From positions 310,001 through 374,000 of the forward strand of contig JAIVFI010000006.1 in NCBI GenBank assembly GCA_025558095.1: DNA of 64,000 nt. Reading direction: 5' to 3'. Of this stretch, positions 21,037-34,978 are shown piece after piece. The stretch's first letter is position 1; each line of letters opens with the position of its first letter. Source of the DNA: Hyaloraphidium curvatum SAG 235-1 (Eukaryota > Fungi > Monoblepharomycota). The position numbers and the translations under genes are program-made. The notes beneath the pieces were generated by a model. It saw only the letters and a program-made list of their open reading frames with translations. It made no database searches and was not told the DNA's origin.

Positions 21037-21235
21037 GTTCTCAAGGCATGCGAAATGATCGCATTTACTCGCTCAGGAAGCCCCCCCCTCCCACACAATC
21101 CCCATGCGGAACCTCGTCGCATGCATCCGGACCGCAAAACACGCTTACCGAGAGCTCCATGGAACGGGTTTGAACGTGGCGATAATGGCGCCAAAGTTTG
21201 GCCATCCGGGTCAGGGCCACCTGTCTCATGGAGGA

Positions 21236-21330
21236 TGGACGCGGCGTGGATGGGTTGCATTGCGGGCGCGGGAATCGTCACGGAGCGTGGACATGGAGTG
21301 GATGGGTCGGACTGCGGGTGCTTCAATCGT
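21236..21330. repeat. Two-copy degenerate tandem repeat (52-bp period) upstream of the TylF gene
   Basis: TGGAC..GG.GTGGATGGGT.G.A.TGCGGG.GC...AATCGT at 21236-21278 and 21288-21330 (33/43 identical by hand count). Confidence 0.6.
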
Positions 21331-21736
21331 TGATCATCGTTGATTTTGTACAAAGGCTACAACATGGCTACAAAGCACCTCCCACGACCAGTTGGAACTG
21401 CGCCGTCATCAACAGGAGGCCAAGGCTCTGTGTCACAGCTCACCGCCCCGGAGTCAAACCCGCTCTCGCTTGCTTCCCGGTGGATCGCCTAGGGACTGTG
21501 GCTGAGGCGCTATGACCAGGGAGTCGGAATAACGCGGAATGCGCCATGAAGCGCGATACACGGGAGGTCCCAAAGACGAGGGACGGGAACCGTCTGGCAT
21601 CTTGGGCCGTGCGCGGATAGCTCTCTTATGGTCCACTTCGAGCATCAAGCTTTTTCCGACGGTCTCTTCGGCGCACTTGACTGACTCTGGGGTTCGGTAC
21701 TGGATCTCTGCGGTTTCTGAGCTCGTTCAATGCAAC

Positions 21737-24700
21737 CTACATGAAGTACCTCGGCTCGTCAAACACGTGGTACCTGTGCTCCCTCACCCCGTCCCCCCTG
21801 AACTTCTGCGGGAACTTCCATCCCTCCGGCACCCTGTGCTCGAGCACCCTCTCCCCGCCGACCCACGCCGCCGGGTCCTCGTCCTTCCGGGGGACGTAGA
21901 ACTTGCCCAGCTGCACCTCCGTGTCCGTGATCCCGCCGTGGCTGACCCGCGCGTACCCGACGCGCTTCAGCCCGCGGTAGGCGACGTACTCGCACCACCG
22001 ATCCCAGTCCGAATCGTCGATGTCGGTCAGGTTCCCGTCCGAGATGAGGCGGCGGTAGATCTCGTGCTGCGGCCCGGGCATCGTGACCACGTAGCCCAGG
22101 AACACGATCGGCCGGCCGCCATTGTCCCTGGCGATCTCGGCCAGCCGGTCCGTCTGCAGCTGCCGGTCCCGCAGGTTCTCCTCCTGCCCATTGTGGCTCA
22201 CGATCACGTCCACCTCTCGCCCGTGCACGTCCAGCGTCGCGTGGATCGCGCAGGCGAGCTCGCCGACGGGACTGGGGAGCAGGTGGTGCTCCGAACGCAG
22301 GATCGGGAAGCGCGAGAGCAGTGTGCAGCCCCAGGTGTGCTTGATCGGCGACGGGCCGTAGTCGACGTGGAAGCCGAGCCGCTCGGCGAGGTGCTGTGAA
22401 ACCTCGCGGTTGCCCATGATGATCCGCTGGAGGTCGGATTCCAGAATGCCTGGAGGAAGACGACGAAGGTTAGCAGAAACTCCCCGCTACTGAAAGCTAG
22501 AAAGACGCACCGAAAACATCGACCTCGAGGTCGCGGATCAGGGCCTCCATTCGCAAGTGACTGCTGTAGGCGTCGTTGTCGATACCAAAGTGGATCGTCC
22601 AGATGCCGCCCGTCAGCAACCGGTCGTCGGGCCGCAGCGGCTTGACCGGCGCCGCGGCAAGCACCCTGTAGGCGAACGCGACGGCGACGATCGCCCCGAT
22701 CGCCATGAGCGGCCCGCGCAGCATGGCCCTCTCCCCGACCGCTCCCGCCGCAGCGCTCCTCGGCGACGGTGCATGCTCGGCGGGCAGCCTGCGCGCGGCA
22801 ACGAGGCCACACCACATGAGCGCCTGCTGCCAGAGCACGATGAGCCAGGTCCGTTCCCTCAGGTACGCCCCGCCGGGCACAAACTCGTAGGCCACGGGCC
22901 ACTGCGCCAGCAAAATGAGCGCGTTTAGCGTGAAGGTGCCCACGAGGAACGTCCGGCCGACGTGCTTCTGGGCCACGGCCGCCTCGACGACCGCCGGGGC
23001 CGCGGCAAACAGCCACGCGAGGTAGAGCAGCCCGCCCAGGAAGCCGACCCAGCGGTGCCAGAAATAAAGTACAAAGACGCCAGCCGTTGCGGCCGCAAAG
23101 GGTCCCCTGCCCAGCACCTCGGCCCTCCTCGCGGGATCCGTCGACGTCCACAGCCCGCCGGCCATGGCCATCATTGACAGAACGCCTCCAACGAGGTACC
23201 CCGGCCCGCGGTGCGGGTACCCCTCGACGGCCCACCGCGCCACGGTCCCCGAATCCGTCGCCATCGCCAGCAGGCTGAACAGCGCGCCGCCCAACCCGAG
23301 CGCCGCAAAGGCCCAGTGCGCCTGTGCGGCCTCGGGCACCCTCAGCCGCGGGCTCGTCGGCACCTCGTCGCCGTCGGAGCTCGCGTACCCGTCCGTCTTT
23401 TTCGGATCCCGCTTCCACGTCCCGTTGGCCGTCGCCCCCCGCCGCATGAACATCTCCGCCGCCGCCGCGATGCCCAGCGCCACGGCCAGCCGGTTCCACC
23501 CTCCCGTCCCGGGGTGCATGATGGTCCAGGCCGGGTTGTTGCTCCTGCACGCGAACTTGACCGCGTCCGCGAGCAGCAGCCCGAGCAGCCAGGCCGAGTA
23601 CTCCCACCGGGTGCCGTTGCGCCGCGCGCCGAGGAAGTGCGCAAACCAGACCAGGGTGACGCCGGCGACGCCGAGGCCGGTGTAAAGGAGACGCGACTGG
23701 GGAGAGAGGATCCAGTAGGAGCCGATGCCAACGAGGCTGAGGAGGGCACAGGCGCCGAGGTTCTGGGAGATGAGGCGCCGCAGCGGCGGGATGGCGAGGA
23801 GGAAGGCCGAGTTGTACATGAGCACGGCGACTTCCTGTCCGCTCAGGCCCTGAAGTAGACGAGAAAACAGCCGAAGGGTCAGACGGCGGGCTAGATCTCG
23901 AAAGCACTTTCAACGAACCATGCTCCAGAGCGGGAAATACCAGACGAGCGCCGGAAGCGAAGTCCACGTCGTCCAAAACACAAACCCCAAATAAACATCC
24001 GCCGCAACCTTGGTCATCGAGCTCGCCGCCGTCCCGGTCACCACGCCGTTCCACCTAACCGTCGATCGCGTGAGCACTTGGCGCGACGGGAGATCCCGAG
24101 AGGCAACCAACCTCTTCCCCCCGTTCCCTCCTGCGGGGGATCCCGCGTTAACCCGCCCGTTCCTGCGCCGGCAACATCGTCAGCCCGCGTACCTCGCTCG
24201 CGCTAGGCCTGCGCCGGCCCCGCCACGTACCCTGCCTCCTTCCCCCCCGCGGCGGGGGCCATGGTGACCATGACCAGGTCCACCTTGCGGAAGTCCAGCG
24301 CGGCGATGGCATCGAACCCGACGTCGATCAGGATGATGGACCACTCGCAGTAGGCGTAGTACGAGTAGGCCCCCGGGAGGCGGTGCACCTTGTGGCGGAT
24401 GAAGAGCCACACGAGCGGGGGGATCGAGGCGACGAAGGCGAGGAGGAAGCGGGTGCGCCACTTGGCGCACTCCTTGCGCTCCGGGGAGGGGTCCCACGAC
24501 GACGCGATCCGGCGGCTCTCGACCACCATGCCGACCATGTAGATCAGTGTGAGCACGAGGTAGGCGATCATCCCCACGTCGTGGACGAAGTGGTCGTCGG
24601 TGGAGGTGATGTAGATCCAGCAGCCCGCGGCGAGGGTGCGCACGAGGCCGACGGCGTCGAGGATGAGGACGGGGAGGCGGGAGCGGCCCGTGTGCGGCGG

Positions 24701-25204
24701 GGGGCTCATGAGCACGTGGGCAAAGACGAGGATGGAGAAACGCGGGCCTGCATACGGTGCGGGGCGCGTGTCAGAAGCCGGCAAGACGCGTTCGGCGCCG
24801 GCAAGTCCCCACCCGACGCGATGGCGCACGCGATCTGGAAGATGTTTCGCGAGGGGTACCAGTCGCCGATGGTGGCCGATATGCTCGGAAACCACTCCTC
24901 CGGCCAGCCGTAGAACTCGTTCTTGACGACCTTGTAGAACTTGTCGGTCGTCATGACCACGTACAGCGCCGCGAGGAAGCCAGCTGGGGGACGGGGGGCG
25001 GCGGAAGACGGGAGACGGTCAGCAAAGCAGCATTGGGACCATTCAAAGCGTCCCACCAAAAGTAAGGCCTGCGTATGCCAACGGCAGCACGGCAGCGGAC
25101 ACGCGGAAAGTGGACGGCGCGTAGTGTGACCTGCGCCGGGCGTCTTCCTCTCCATTTGCCGGCGGGGGGCCCTCCTCGGGCACCCTGCGCCGCACGTCGG
25201 CCAT
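21737..25204 (-). CDS. CWH43: GPI lipid-remodelling protein Cwh43 (Frag1/DRAM/Sfk1 N-domain, TM region, EEP C-domain); about 5 introns
   Basis: VKNEFYGWPEEWFPSISATIGDWYP, TSTDDHFVHD, HKVHRLPGAYSYYA..EW, WYFPLW, IWTIHFGIDN, HTWGC, GELACAI, DWDRWCEY..YRGL, ITDTEVQ, HRYHVFDEPRYF. Confidence 0.95.
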
Positions 25205-25368
25205 CGCGACCAATGCGGCTTCCGCGATGCGGCGCCGCGGCCTCGAGCGGGCGCCCGATGGCGAATGCGGGGGCTGCGGGCGGCGGCGATTTTGGTGCTG
25301 CGGCGTCGGACGCGGCCGTCAACAACGCGAACCGACCTGCCGCCGCCCGCCCCTCCTTGATCGCCGCG

Positions 25369-26128
25369 ATGCGCGCCGTCAGCCCGCGCGGGGCGTTGCA
25401 GACGTTTTTCTCTCTGCTGCGGCCGGCCGCGGAGCCGCCCTCTGCGCGGTGCGCCGCGATGGCGCGCCCGCCGCCGCCCGGCTGCCGCGCGTACGCCTCG
25501 GCGACAAAGGGCTCCGCGGCAATAAAGAAGAGTGCGTCGCGGCGGCCGCCAACCGATCTCGCATTCTCACGCACCCGCAGCCGACACGAAGAAGAAGGCC
25601 GCCGCGCCGCCCGCGCCGCCCATCCCCGCACTGCCCGCGCCCGCGGACACCGCGCCCGAGCTGGTCAACATGGGCCTGCTGCGGACGCTGGACCTGGAGC
25701 ACCGCATCCGCTACGACCCGGACGGCCGCTCGGTGCTGTTTGCGCGGAAGCACCCCGCACGCCTGCGCGCAGGCGCCTTCGTCGCCGTCGAGACCGCGGC
25801 GTCCGTGACGCAGCCGACGCGGTCCATCGTCGTCGGCTACATCGTGGCCATCCGCCGCAGGGGCGGCATGGGGTCGAACTTTGTCGTGCGCACGACCGTG
25901 CTCGGAACCGGCGTCGAGATCATGTTCCCCATATACTCGCCTCTCGTGACAAAGATCGAGCTGCTGCAGCCCAGCGAGGGCTTCCGCAGGGGGAAGCTGC
26001 ACTACCTGAAGGACGCCGCGCCGCGCAGCCTGCTCGGGGACATGTTCAAGAAGATGGACCAGCGCGTCGAGGAGATGAAGAAGAAGGTCGTGCTGGCGGA
26101 CCGCTCAAAGATGCAGCTCGTCAAGTGA
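25369..26128 (+). CDS. IMG1: Mitochondrial ribosomal protein bL19m (intron 25532-25580)
   Basis: VGYIVAIRRRG..SNFVVR..LGTGVEIMFPIYSPLVTKIELL...RRGKLHYL (L19 family). Presequence-like exon 1. Confidence 0.88.
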
Positions 26129-26438
26129 TGCCTGGTTGGACGTGCCATGTATTCGGCGTGACATGTACTCGGCATACGCGGAGGTGTCGGCGCTTGGCGT
26201 GTACCTTGGCGAGACGGAAGACGCCTCGCCTGGCTCCCCTGGCGTTCCCTGAACCGACGAATCCCGGTCCGCTATGCTTCCACCACATCGTTTAAATGCT
26301 GCTGCTTGAATGCCACTTGTCCGATCGGCGCGATTGGAGCCGGAGTGGACCTCAGTTTCACGCGTTGGGGTCCTCCCGCGGCCCGAGCTCGCCGCGGCTC
26401 GGCCAACTCACAACTTTCCCCACGCCTCGGACCCCGGA

Positions 26439-27178
<740 letters not shown>

Positions 27179-27335
27179 CGCGCTGCCGGGGGCCGGGGTT
27201 GGACCGGGGCGGCCGGTAGGGGCGTTGCTTATTCCTGGGGTGTCTACGGTATAATGACTGAAGTGCAAATCATTGGTACTTCTGGTGTGTCAGCTAGCTA
27301 TGGGTCCTCGAAAACGGGCGATCTACAAGCCCCCC

Positions 27336-30300
27336 TCAAATTATTTGCCGGCGCCTCCTCGCCGGACTCTCGTCCTCCCGGCCCGACGCTTCGTCCCCGC
27401 TGTCGTCGAGCGTCCGCCCGGCCCTGTTGGCGTCGCCGTCGTTGTTGTTAAAGAGCAGCCTCCGCGTGTTCCGCTTCTCCTGCGCCTGCCGGCGCGCCTG
27501 CTGCTGGGCCTGGAGGCGCTCCTCGTTGGCTGGATGGGGATTGTTTGGTCACAGGACATCCAGGGGTGGACATGCCGGCGAGACTCACCGAGGATCTCGT
27601 ACTGCCGCTCGCTGAATTTCTCCCAGCCCCGAAGCTTGAACTTCCTGTTCCCGTCCTCGTCGCAGATCCAGACGTCGTCCGACTCGCGGAACGACGGCTC
27701 CATCCGCCGCTGGTGCACGTCGTACGACCTCAGGTCGAACACGAGGTCGAAGAAGTGCGCCGCATGGTTGCTGGCCCGCAGCGCCGGCAGCGTCACGTGG
27801 ATGTAGCTCTCCTCGTACCCGTCCGGCCCGCACGCGGGCGGCAGCGTGTGTGAGATCCGCCCCTCGCACGGGCTCGCGTTGGCGTGGGACAGGTCCATGA
27901 GGTTGGTGAGGAAGTCGGGCCAGTCCCAGACCTCGCCGCACCAGTACCCCGGCACCATGCCGGGATTGCGCGGGTCGGGGATGCCGGTGCGGCCCTCGCG
28001 CATGCGCTTGATCTGCTCCTCCCAGAACGGGCGGAGCTCGTGCAGTGCGAGGATGCCGTCGTCGTCCGTGTCCAGGATGCGGAACCAGAAGGAGATGGCC
28101 GAGGGCACCGACTTGTCCTCGATCAGCAGCACGATCCCTTCGCATGCAAACACCTGTGAGTGATCCGCCGCATGCGAAGAAGCAACGAGAACCCACAGAC
28201 AAAGTCCCTGTACTCGAGCTTCGCGTCCAGCCAACCCTCCTCCCTGTCCACTCCCTCGGGGAGCGATCGGAACCAGTTACGCTCCAGCGCCCTGACCTCC
28301 TCCATCTTGGCCTTTGCATCTTCCCCCTCCGCAACCTTGCCGAAACGACCGACCGCCTCCATCACCCGCCGAGCCGTGCGCCGGGTCAGGCGCCCCAGAT
28401 CGTACTTCAGCAGCTCACGCCCGCTGATGACCATGTCGTGATCCGTGTCCAATTCCCAGAAGCGGCAGTAGATCACGTAGAAGTGCTTGTACGAGAAAAT
28501 GTCTCGGGTCTGTCTTGGCATGAGTGGTGATCGAGTGCTGCTCCGCGAAAAGAACCCACGGTGTTCACGTCGCCAACCCCACCCACGGCCTGCTGGCCAG
28601 ACGCTGACAGCTCCGCGTTCTCCTCCAGCTCGGCCACCATCCTGACGAAGCCCGTGGACTTGAACTGGCGCAGCGTCATCCTCCCGTCCCAGAAGTCGGT
28701 CTTGAGGTACATGAGCCGCGCTAGAATGGTGTCCTTGTAGCGCTCCTGGAATATCGGGAGTGGCCGAAGGAAGTCCAGGCCGGGATGGTTGCGGACAATG
28801 TCTGGTGAGGTGGACGGCGTCAAGGGGTGCTGGCTGCCGTTTTAGCGTCCGCTTACCGTTCACGACGAGCTCCAAGTCGTCCCATCCAATCCACTCGGGC
28901 CTCTCGGGCTCTCTTCTTCTCTTTGCCCTCCTGCTTTCCGCCGTGTGAAGCCTGGCCGGGTCCATGGTGGCGAAAAAAGCGACCGTCTCGGCGTCCCCGC
29001 CCGGCTGCTCCGCCCGGCTCTCGAATCCGCTGGCATCGTCGCGGATGGGATCGTACAGCAGCGCTTTGCCGCATGCTCTGCGTAGGGTGAGCCAAGCCGC
29101 AGCGATGCCTTCGCGCGAAACTCCTTCAACGGTTGGGTCCAGAATGTGAGTCTCGGTCTCGGCGAGGCGCCACACGTTCGCGTTGAAGTAGCGCGGGAGA
29201 CCGATCGCCATGACCGTAAAGGCGAGGAGTGCGGACGGATCCGTTATGCAGGTCTCTTCCGAGCCGGTGAAGATGGCATCGACGATGCCCTAGACGATGG
29301 GGAACGTGTGCATCAGAAATGCATGCTAGAAGGCCAAAGTGCGTCCCCCATTCACCTGAACCTCGGCAGTCCGTTCGGACCAACGCTGCTTCAGGCCGTC
29401 GTCCATGGCTGCCTCGGCTTCCGCAGCCGACTTGAAGTAGAATTGGGGGATATCGTGCAAGGGAACCGCGGGCACCTCGCGCGGGGGAGAGGCGTGCGAC
29501 GGTGCCTCCTCCGAATCCTCTGTAAGATCGATGCCCGAATCTTTCTTGACAGGCTGCGAGCTCGGCTGATCCAAAGTCTCGTTCCGCGAAAAGTAGAGGG
29601 ATGTAGCGAGGACGGCGTCCGGAACCGTCGCGTCCGAGTCCGGCGTTGCGCACTCGTCCGCACCCTGCTTGCGCAGAGTGGCATCATCGTCTTCGGAGAC
29701 GTTCGTCCGGGCAAGCAGTTCAGAGAGGTTCGCGTCCAGCTGCGAGGGCGTGACCATGCCTGCTTCGAGCGAGTCGCTGGACGCGTGCAGCGCGGCGTGG
29801 TGGTTGTGGGCGCGCCATGTCAGCTTCGCAGTGGGAGACGGCGAATGTCCCGGCCGCGGCGAGGAGATTGGGGAGCGGTGTCGCACGGGCGAAGAGATGG
29901 GCGACCTGCGCGGCGAGCGCGGGAACGGCGACGGCGGGGACGAGAGTTGCAAAGGGTCCTCGTTAATCTCGTGGAAAAAGGCGTTCTCGACCGCCGGCTG
30001 CGGCGAGCCAGGGGCGAGCGTGATTGCCGGTACCAGGAGGTCGGGCTCCTGGATGACCATGGACACGATTTCGATCGCGTCGTGGCCGGGGGTGCCGGGC
30101 GCGTCCGAATGGTGCGGGTGCGCGTGCAGGCCGTGGCCGCCGCCGGCGTGCATCTGGCGGTGGTCGCGCAGCGGGGAGCGCGGGCTCTGCGGCGGGCGCG
30201 AGGGGAACGAGTCCGCGGCCAGCAGGGCGGGCGACCCCGGCGGGGGCGTCCGCGGCGGGTGCGCCGCCATCTCGGGCGGCGGCGTCGCCGGCTTCGGCAC

Positions 30301-30357
30301 CGACGTGTCCTCAATGCTCAGGCCGAGCCCGAGCGCCGGCGGCGCGTCGGAATCCAT
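27336..30357 (-). CDS. PP2A regulatory subunit B'' (PR72/PPP2R3 family) with EF hands; multi-exon
   Basis: IPQFYF, HPGLDFL, FQERY, FSYKHFYVIYCRFWELDTDHDMVIS, EDKS..AISFWFRILDTDDDGIL..ELRPFWEEQ, WEKFSERQYEIL. Confidence 0.9.
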
Positions 30358-30726
30358 CGGGAGGTGGCGCCTTCTTGGAGGCTCTCGCCCGAATTCGTTT
30401 CAACGGGGGGAGAGGGGAAATCGCGGAGCGCGTCGCGCTCACGGCGCAGGGCTGGCGCAGTCACTGCGAATCATAGGCGCGGTTTTCGCGAATGAATGCA
30501 TTCCCAGGTTCGCGTGCTGGGGCCGCCGCAAAGGGAGGTGCCGCGTGCGGACGACAGAGTGGCTGGTGCGACCAGGGCTCGGTCGATCACGCACGCGCTC
30601 TCGGAGGATGGAGCGAGAAAACACATTGAAATCTCCTTCATTGACGGAGGTGAGCGAGGACAGCAGGAACTGCTCAGCAGACGTGGGAGCGTGGCTGCTC
30701 GAGTGCCAATCAGCGGGACCATTCAC

Positions 30727-33151
30727 TCAGGCACAGCCCCGGAGGATCGAGGCGCACTCCTCGTACACAGCACGTAGCTCGGGATCTCGGCTCTCCTGAG
30801 CTCCGTGTAGGGCATCGTCCAAAGGTGTCCGGCCCCACCGATCGCGCGGCAGCTCCGTGCCTTGGGCCAATTGCCTGGCCGCGATCGCGCGCACCACTTC
30901 TGGCCTGCCCGACGTGCAGGCAACGTGCAGAACCGTCCGTCCATCAAGCAGCTCTCGCGTCATCTCCAGTCCACATCCCATGAGGACCTCGATAGTCAGC
31001 AAGTCGCCCGCAGTCGCGGCCTCGGCAGCCTTCCAGAGAAGGTCGCGCATCTCCCCGAAACGCAGCTTCTCCGCGGCCTCCGGCGTCTCAAGGGAACCAT
31101 CCGAAGTCTTTCGTCGGCTGGGGACGCGCCGTATGGTGACCCAGCCGCCGATGTGCGCTCCACATTCGGTCAGCAGCTTGATGCACTCGATCCGGCGCTC
31201 AATGGAGCCGGGAGTTCCGTCCCCGACGGCAACGATGGCGTCGTAGAGCGGCGTGTGTCCTTGCTTGTCCCTCGCATGGACGCTGGCTCCTGCCGAAAGC
31301 AGGCAGCGCACCACGTCCGGCATTGTGTTCACGCATGCGATATGCAGCGGAGTCTTGCCGCTCCCGTAGCGCGTCGCCATGCACCGCGGATCCAAATTCA
31401 AGAGGTACTCCAGTCCCGCAGCGTCTCCTTTGTTGATACAGCTGAAGACGAGCAGCGGCAACAGCTCCCGCTCCAGGCCCACGTGGGGAGCCTCGGCCAC
31501 GGGCACGCCGTCTTCGGACAACTCCCCCACGGTGGCGTTGCCAGAACGCGGCACGTAGGCGCGCTGCGCGGACGACTGCCGCACGAGTTCCAGCAACTCC
31601 TCCGCGAAGCCACCCCCGCCTTTGTCGGTCGGTGCCTGCGCTATTCCACGTTCGGTTTGCGGGACGGTGAGCTCGCCGCGGAGGCTTTGGCGGAGTAGCG
31701 CGTGGACCTAGCAAGTGGAATCAGAAGTCAACAACGACTCGACCTATCGCGATGGGAGGACGCACCTCTTCGGTGGGAAGGTTCTTGCTCAAAAGGTATG
31801 ACTGCCGCAGAAGGGGATCAGCTGAAATGCCGCTCCAACCCAGCAAACAACCCACAAGCTTGGTCAGCGCCGCTTCCGGGGTCATGTCGTACCCCGGCAC
31901 CACTCCGACGGCAGCAAGCCCCCTTGACGTCTCGTACGCATCCGTCACCGAACCTCTACGGCACTGAGTTGTGCTCACGATCACAACTCCCTTCTCAACA
32001 GCCTCGCGCAAGGCATCGAGCAGATCGGGGCGGTTACTCGGGGCATTGCCGCTCCCAAAAGTCTCGAGAACGATCCCGCGGATGGATCCGGAGAGAAACG
32101 CGCGGAGGGTGGAGGTGGCGATGCCCGGAAAGAGTTTCAGGGTCGCCACGCGAGGTTCCATCCGCTTGTGCGCGCGGAACCTACGGATTTCGCGGGGACG
32201 CAGCACCAACGACCAGTCGACCGTGATGTCGATGCCGACGCGGACCAGGGGGTCCAGGTTCGGGCTTTCGAAGGCATCGAAATCCGTGGCGTCGACCTTG
32301 CTGCTCCGGTTGCCCCGGAACAGCCGATTGCCAAAGTAGAGACACACTTCGGGGATAGTGTAGTGTCCAGCGATTGTAAGACTGCCGAGCAAGTTCTCCA
32401 CGGCGTCGTTACGGACCTCAGACAAAGGAATCTGCGACCCGGTCAAAATGACCGTCTTGCCCAAAGCCTCCAGCATGAACGACAGGGCCGACGCCGTGAA
32501 CGCCATTGTGTCTGTGCCATGTAAAACAATAAAGCTATCGAAGAGGAGATAGTTCAACTCGATGTCCGTCGCGATCCGGGCCCAGTCGTTCAAGCCCATG
32601 TTGGCCGAATCAAGGAGAACAGAGTACTCTAGCACACTGTACAGAATTCTCTTCCCCGCGATGCTCCTCGGCGTGATCAGCGCCGGCAACGACTCACGCA
32701 CGTACGACGTCCCGTCCGAGAACCGTTCCCTGTCCTTTGTTGGGCTCGAAGGTGCAGATGCCGCGGGGCTTGCCTGCCCCGACTCTCCGCCTTCCAGATT
32801 CGGGTACGACGTCGCAATATTGACAGCATTCCGCACCGTCCACCCGTCACCGCTTCCGGGACGGTCCGGGAACCCCAGCGCCTGTCCGTAGCCCTCTGGA
32901 TCGTGGAAACGAGAGCTCCCGAGCAGAGTGTCCAACAGATACCCCTTCACAGGAACGTAGCCATGGTCCTTCGACGATCTCATCCCAATAGTCCCGCCCG
33001 TGTAAATCACGAGCACTCGGGTGAGATCCGCAGGGAGCATGGAGCCCGCGTTGAGCGCGTTGGAGGCGACGAGTTGCCGGACGGCCGCGGATTCATAGAC
33101 GGGGGTGGTATCCCCGGAAATCGCGTCCGGATGAACGAGCGTCGACGACAT
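30727..33151 (-). CDS. ASPG: Type I L-asparaginase/lysophospholipase with C-terminal ankyrin repeats (ASPG-like); about 3 introns
   Basis: VLVIYTGGTIGM, LLDSANM, LHGTDTMAFTASALSF, ILTGSQIP, FRGNR, ETFGSGNAP, DMTPEAALTKL. Ankyrins GKTPLHIAC, GHTPLYDA, GRTVLHVA, WGRTPLDDA. Confidence 0.92.
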
Positions 33152-33452
33152 TGCGCGTAGGACGCGTCCAGAGGCGAGGAGCGAGGAGGGGCGAATGCGC
33201 CGTGAGTCCAATCCGATCGTGACTCCGTTTCGATCGACGACGCGGTGTCGTCACTGGCCGGCTGCGAACCAAGCCGAAAATAGCAGTGAATCCTGAGCCT
33301 GTGCCCCTCCAAATGATCGCATTAGCAAGATTCCCTGGCGGGACGGCACGCCGGTGCGATCTTGGAGGTGTCTGTCAGTCACAGTTCGGACGGGGTTGTG
33401 ATCAGGGTCCAAGTCGAGCGCCACTTTCCACTTCCATCGCCCCTTCATCGCG

Positions 33453-34703
33453 ATGGCGGAAGCTACTCAGGCTCCCGCGATCCATGCGAGGGCATTCCGT
33501 AATGCCTGCGGTCGGGGGGACATCGATGCAGTCGAGAATTACATCGCCAAGGACCAGCATGGAGAGATCAACGCCAGCAACGCGAGTGGCGCAGATGCCG
33601 GCGTCACGGCCCTCATGTTCGCAGCATCATCGCGGGCCGAAAATGCCGCATCCATCGTTGCGGTGCTCCTCCGGGTGCCGGGCATCGACATCGCGAAGCG
33701 CGACGCTGCCGGCGCCACAGCCCTGATGCGCGCCGTCCAAACCAACAATGCCCAAGCCACAGAGGCGATCTTGGTGCATGCTCGTGAGACGAGCTCAACT
33801 GCGTCGGACATCGGTGCCGGCGATGCCCTGGTGCTTGCAGCCGGGGCAGGCAACGTCAAGTCTCTCAAGAAGCTCGTGCAGTACGAAGGATTGCAGCCCG
33901 AAGACGTGCATTCCGCGCTGTATGCGGCGTGCGAAGAGGGCAGTTCCGACGCTGTGGAGGTGCTCGTCAACCCAATCTACAGTGGCCCCGTGTACTCCGC
34001 GGCGAGGCCCATCACGGTGCCAACTGGCAAGCAGCTCACGCCGCTCCAGATCGCGGCCGCCCGCGATAATGACCTTGTGCTCATTCGACTCGCATATCAC
34101 TGCGACATAGGGCCAGAGCCCTTGACCGATGCCTTCAGAATTGCATGCAAGTCAGGCAGCATCAGCTTCCTCAAGGCCCTGATCAAGGACTTTTCGAAGA
34201 AGAATCTAGATGCAGCCCTACCCGACGATTGCGACAAAAGTGTACGCGAGCAATGGCCGGAGCTCCAGAGAGGCTGGGCGGAACCTGAGGACGATGAAGT
34301 CCGGCCTGCCTCTGAGGCTGTTGTGGCAGAAGCACAGGAACCAGGCCCTGCCGGCCCCGAAGCCGGGACAACATCGGTAAACCTCCAAGGCAACGAAGAG
34401 CCCCAGACGGCGGCTGCCCGCGCAGCTGCGCGGCTGAGGCCGATACCAGAGCCCAGCCAGCTACTTGCCGACCTTGAAAACAAAACCGTGCCCCAGCTGT
34501 GGGCTTTGGTCTACGAGTTGCGGAGAAACCTCAACAGCAGAGATGTCGAAATCCAACACAAGGACAGGGTGATGAGGCAGCTCACGGTCGAGAACCGCAG
34601 GATCCGCCGCGAAGAGACCGACCTGCGTAATCGCAATGCGCAGCTCGAGAGACAGGTGGATGCCACGGCTCTCGCCTTCCTGGGTACGCCGCATGCTCAC
34701 TGA
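33453..34703 (+). CDS. Ankyrin-repeat protein with C-terminal coiled coil; intronless
   Basis: GVTALMFAA, GATALMRAV, TPLQIAAA ankyrin motifs. Heptad-rich C-terminus ELRRNLNSRD...LRNRNAQLERQV. Confidence 0.82.
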   Translation: MAEATQAPAIHARAFRNACGRGDIDAVENYIAKDQHGEINASNASGADAGVTALMFAASSRAENAASIVAVLLRVPGIDIAKRDAAGATALMRAVQTNNAQATEAILVHARETSSTASDIGAGDALVLAAGAGNVKSLKKLVQYEGLQPEDVHSALYAACEEGSSDAVEVLVNPIYSGPVYSAARPITVPTGKQLTPLQIAAARDNDLVLIRLAYHCDIGPEPLTDAFRIACKSGSISFLKALIKDFSKKNLDAALPDDCDKSVREQWPELQRGWAEPEDDEVRPASEAVVAEAQEPGPAGPEAGTTSVNLQGNEEPQTAAARAAARLRPIPEPSQLLADLENKTVPQLWALVYELRRNLNSRDVEIQHKDRVMRQLTVENRRIRREETDLRNRNAQLERQVDATALAFLGTPHAH

Positions 34704-34978
34704 ACTGCGCTCACAGCTGGCGCTTGCTCGCCGAACCACCGGGGACTCCGAAGCGCCGGGGCCTGTGGAGCCAGATGGCGTCGCACCGGCGAGCTGAACA
34801 ATCAATGGGGAAGCATCAAACGGCGGAGAAATGAAACCAGAGAAGTATACCTGTAACATAAGCAACCTGGTTGCCAGGGAAAAACGTAAACGGGGATGTT
34901 ACGGGAAGATACAGCGTCACCAATGACGAAGACGGAGAAGGTTGTAGATCCATCCCTGGCATTCCAGCCGAGCGTACA

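Noticed and set aside
22204-24054. 616-aa minus-strand ORF
   Set aside because: Alternative frame within CWH43; the conserved motifs lie in other frames.
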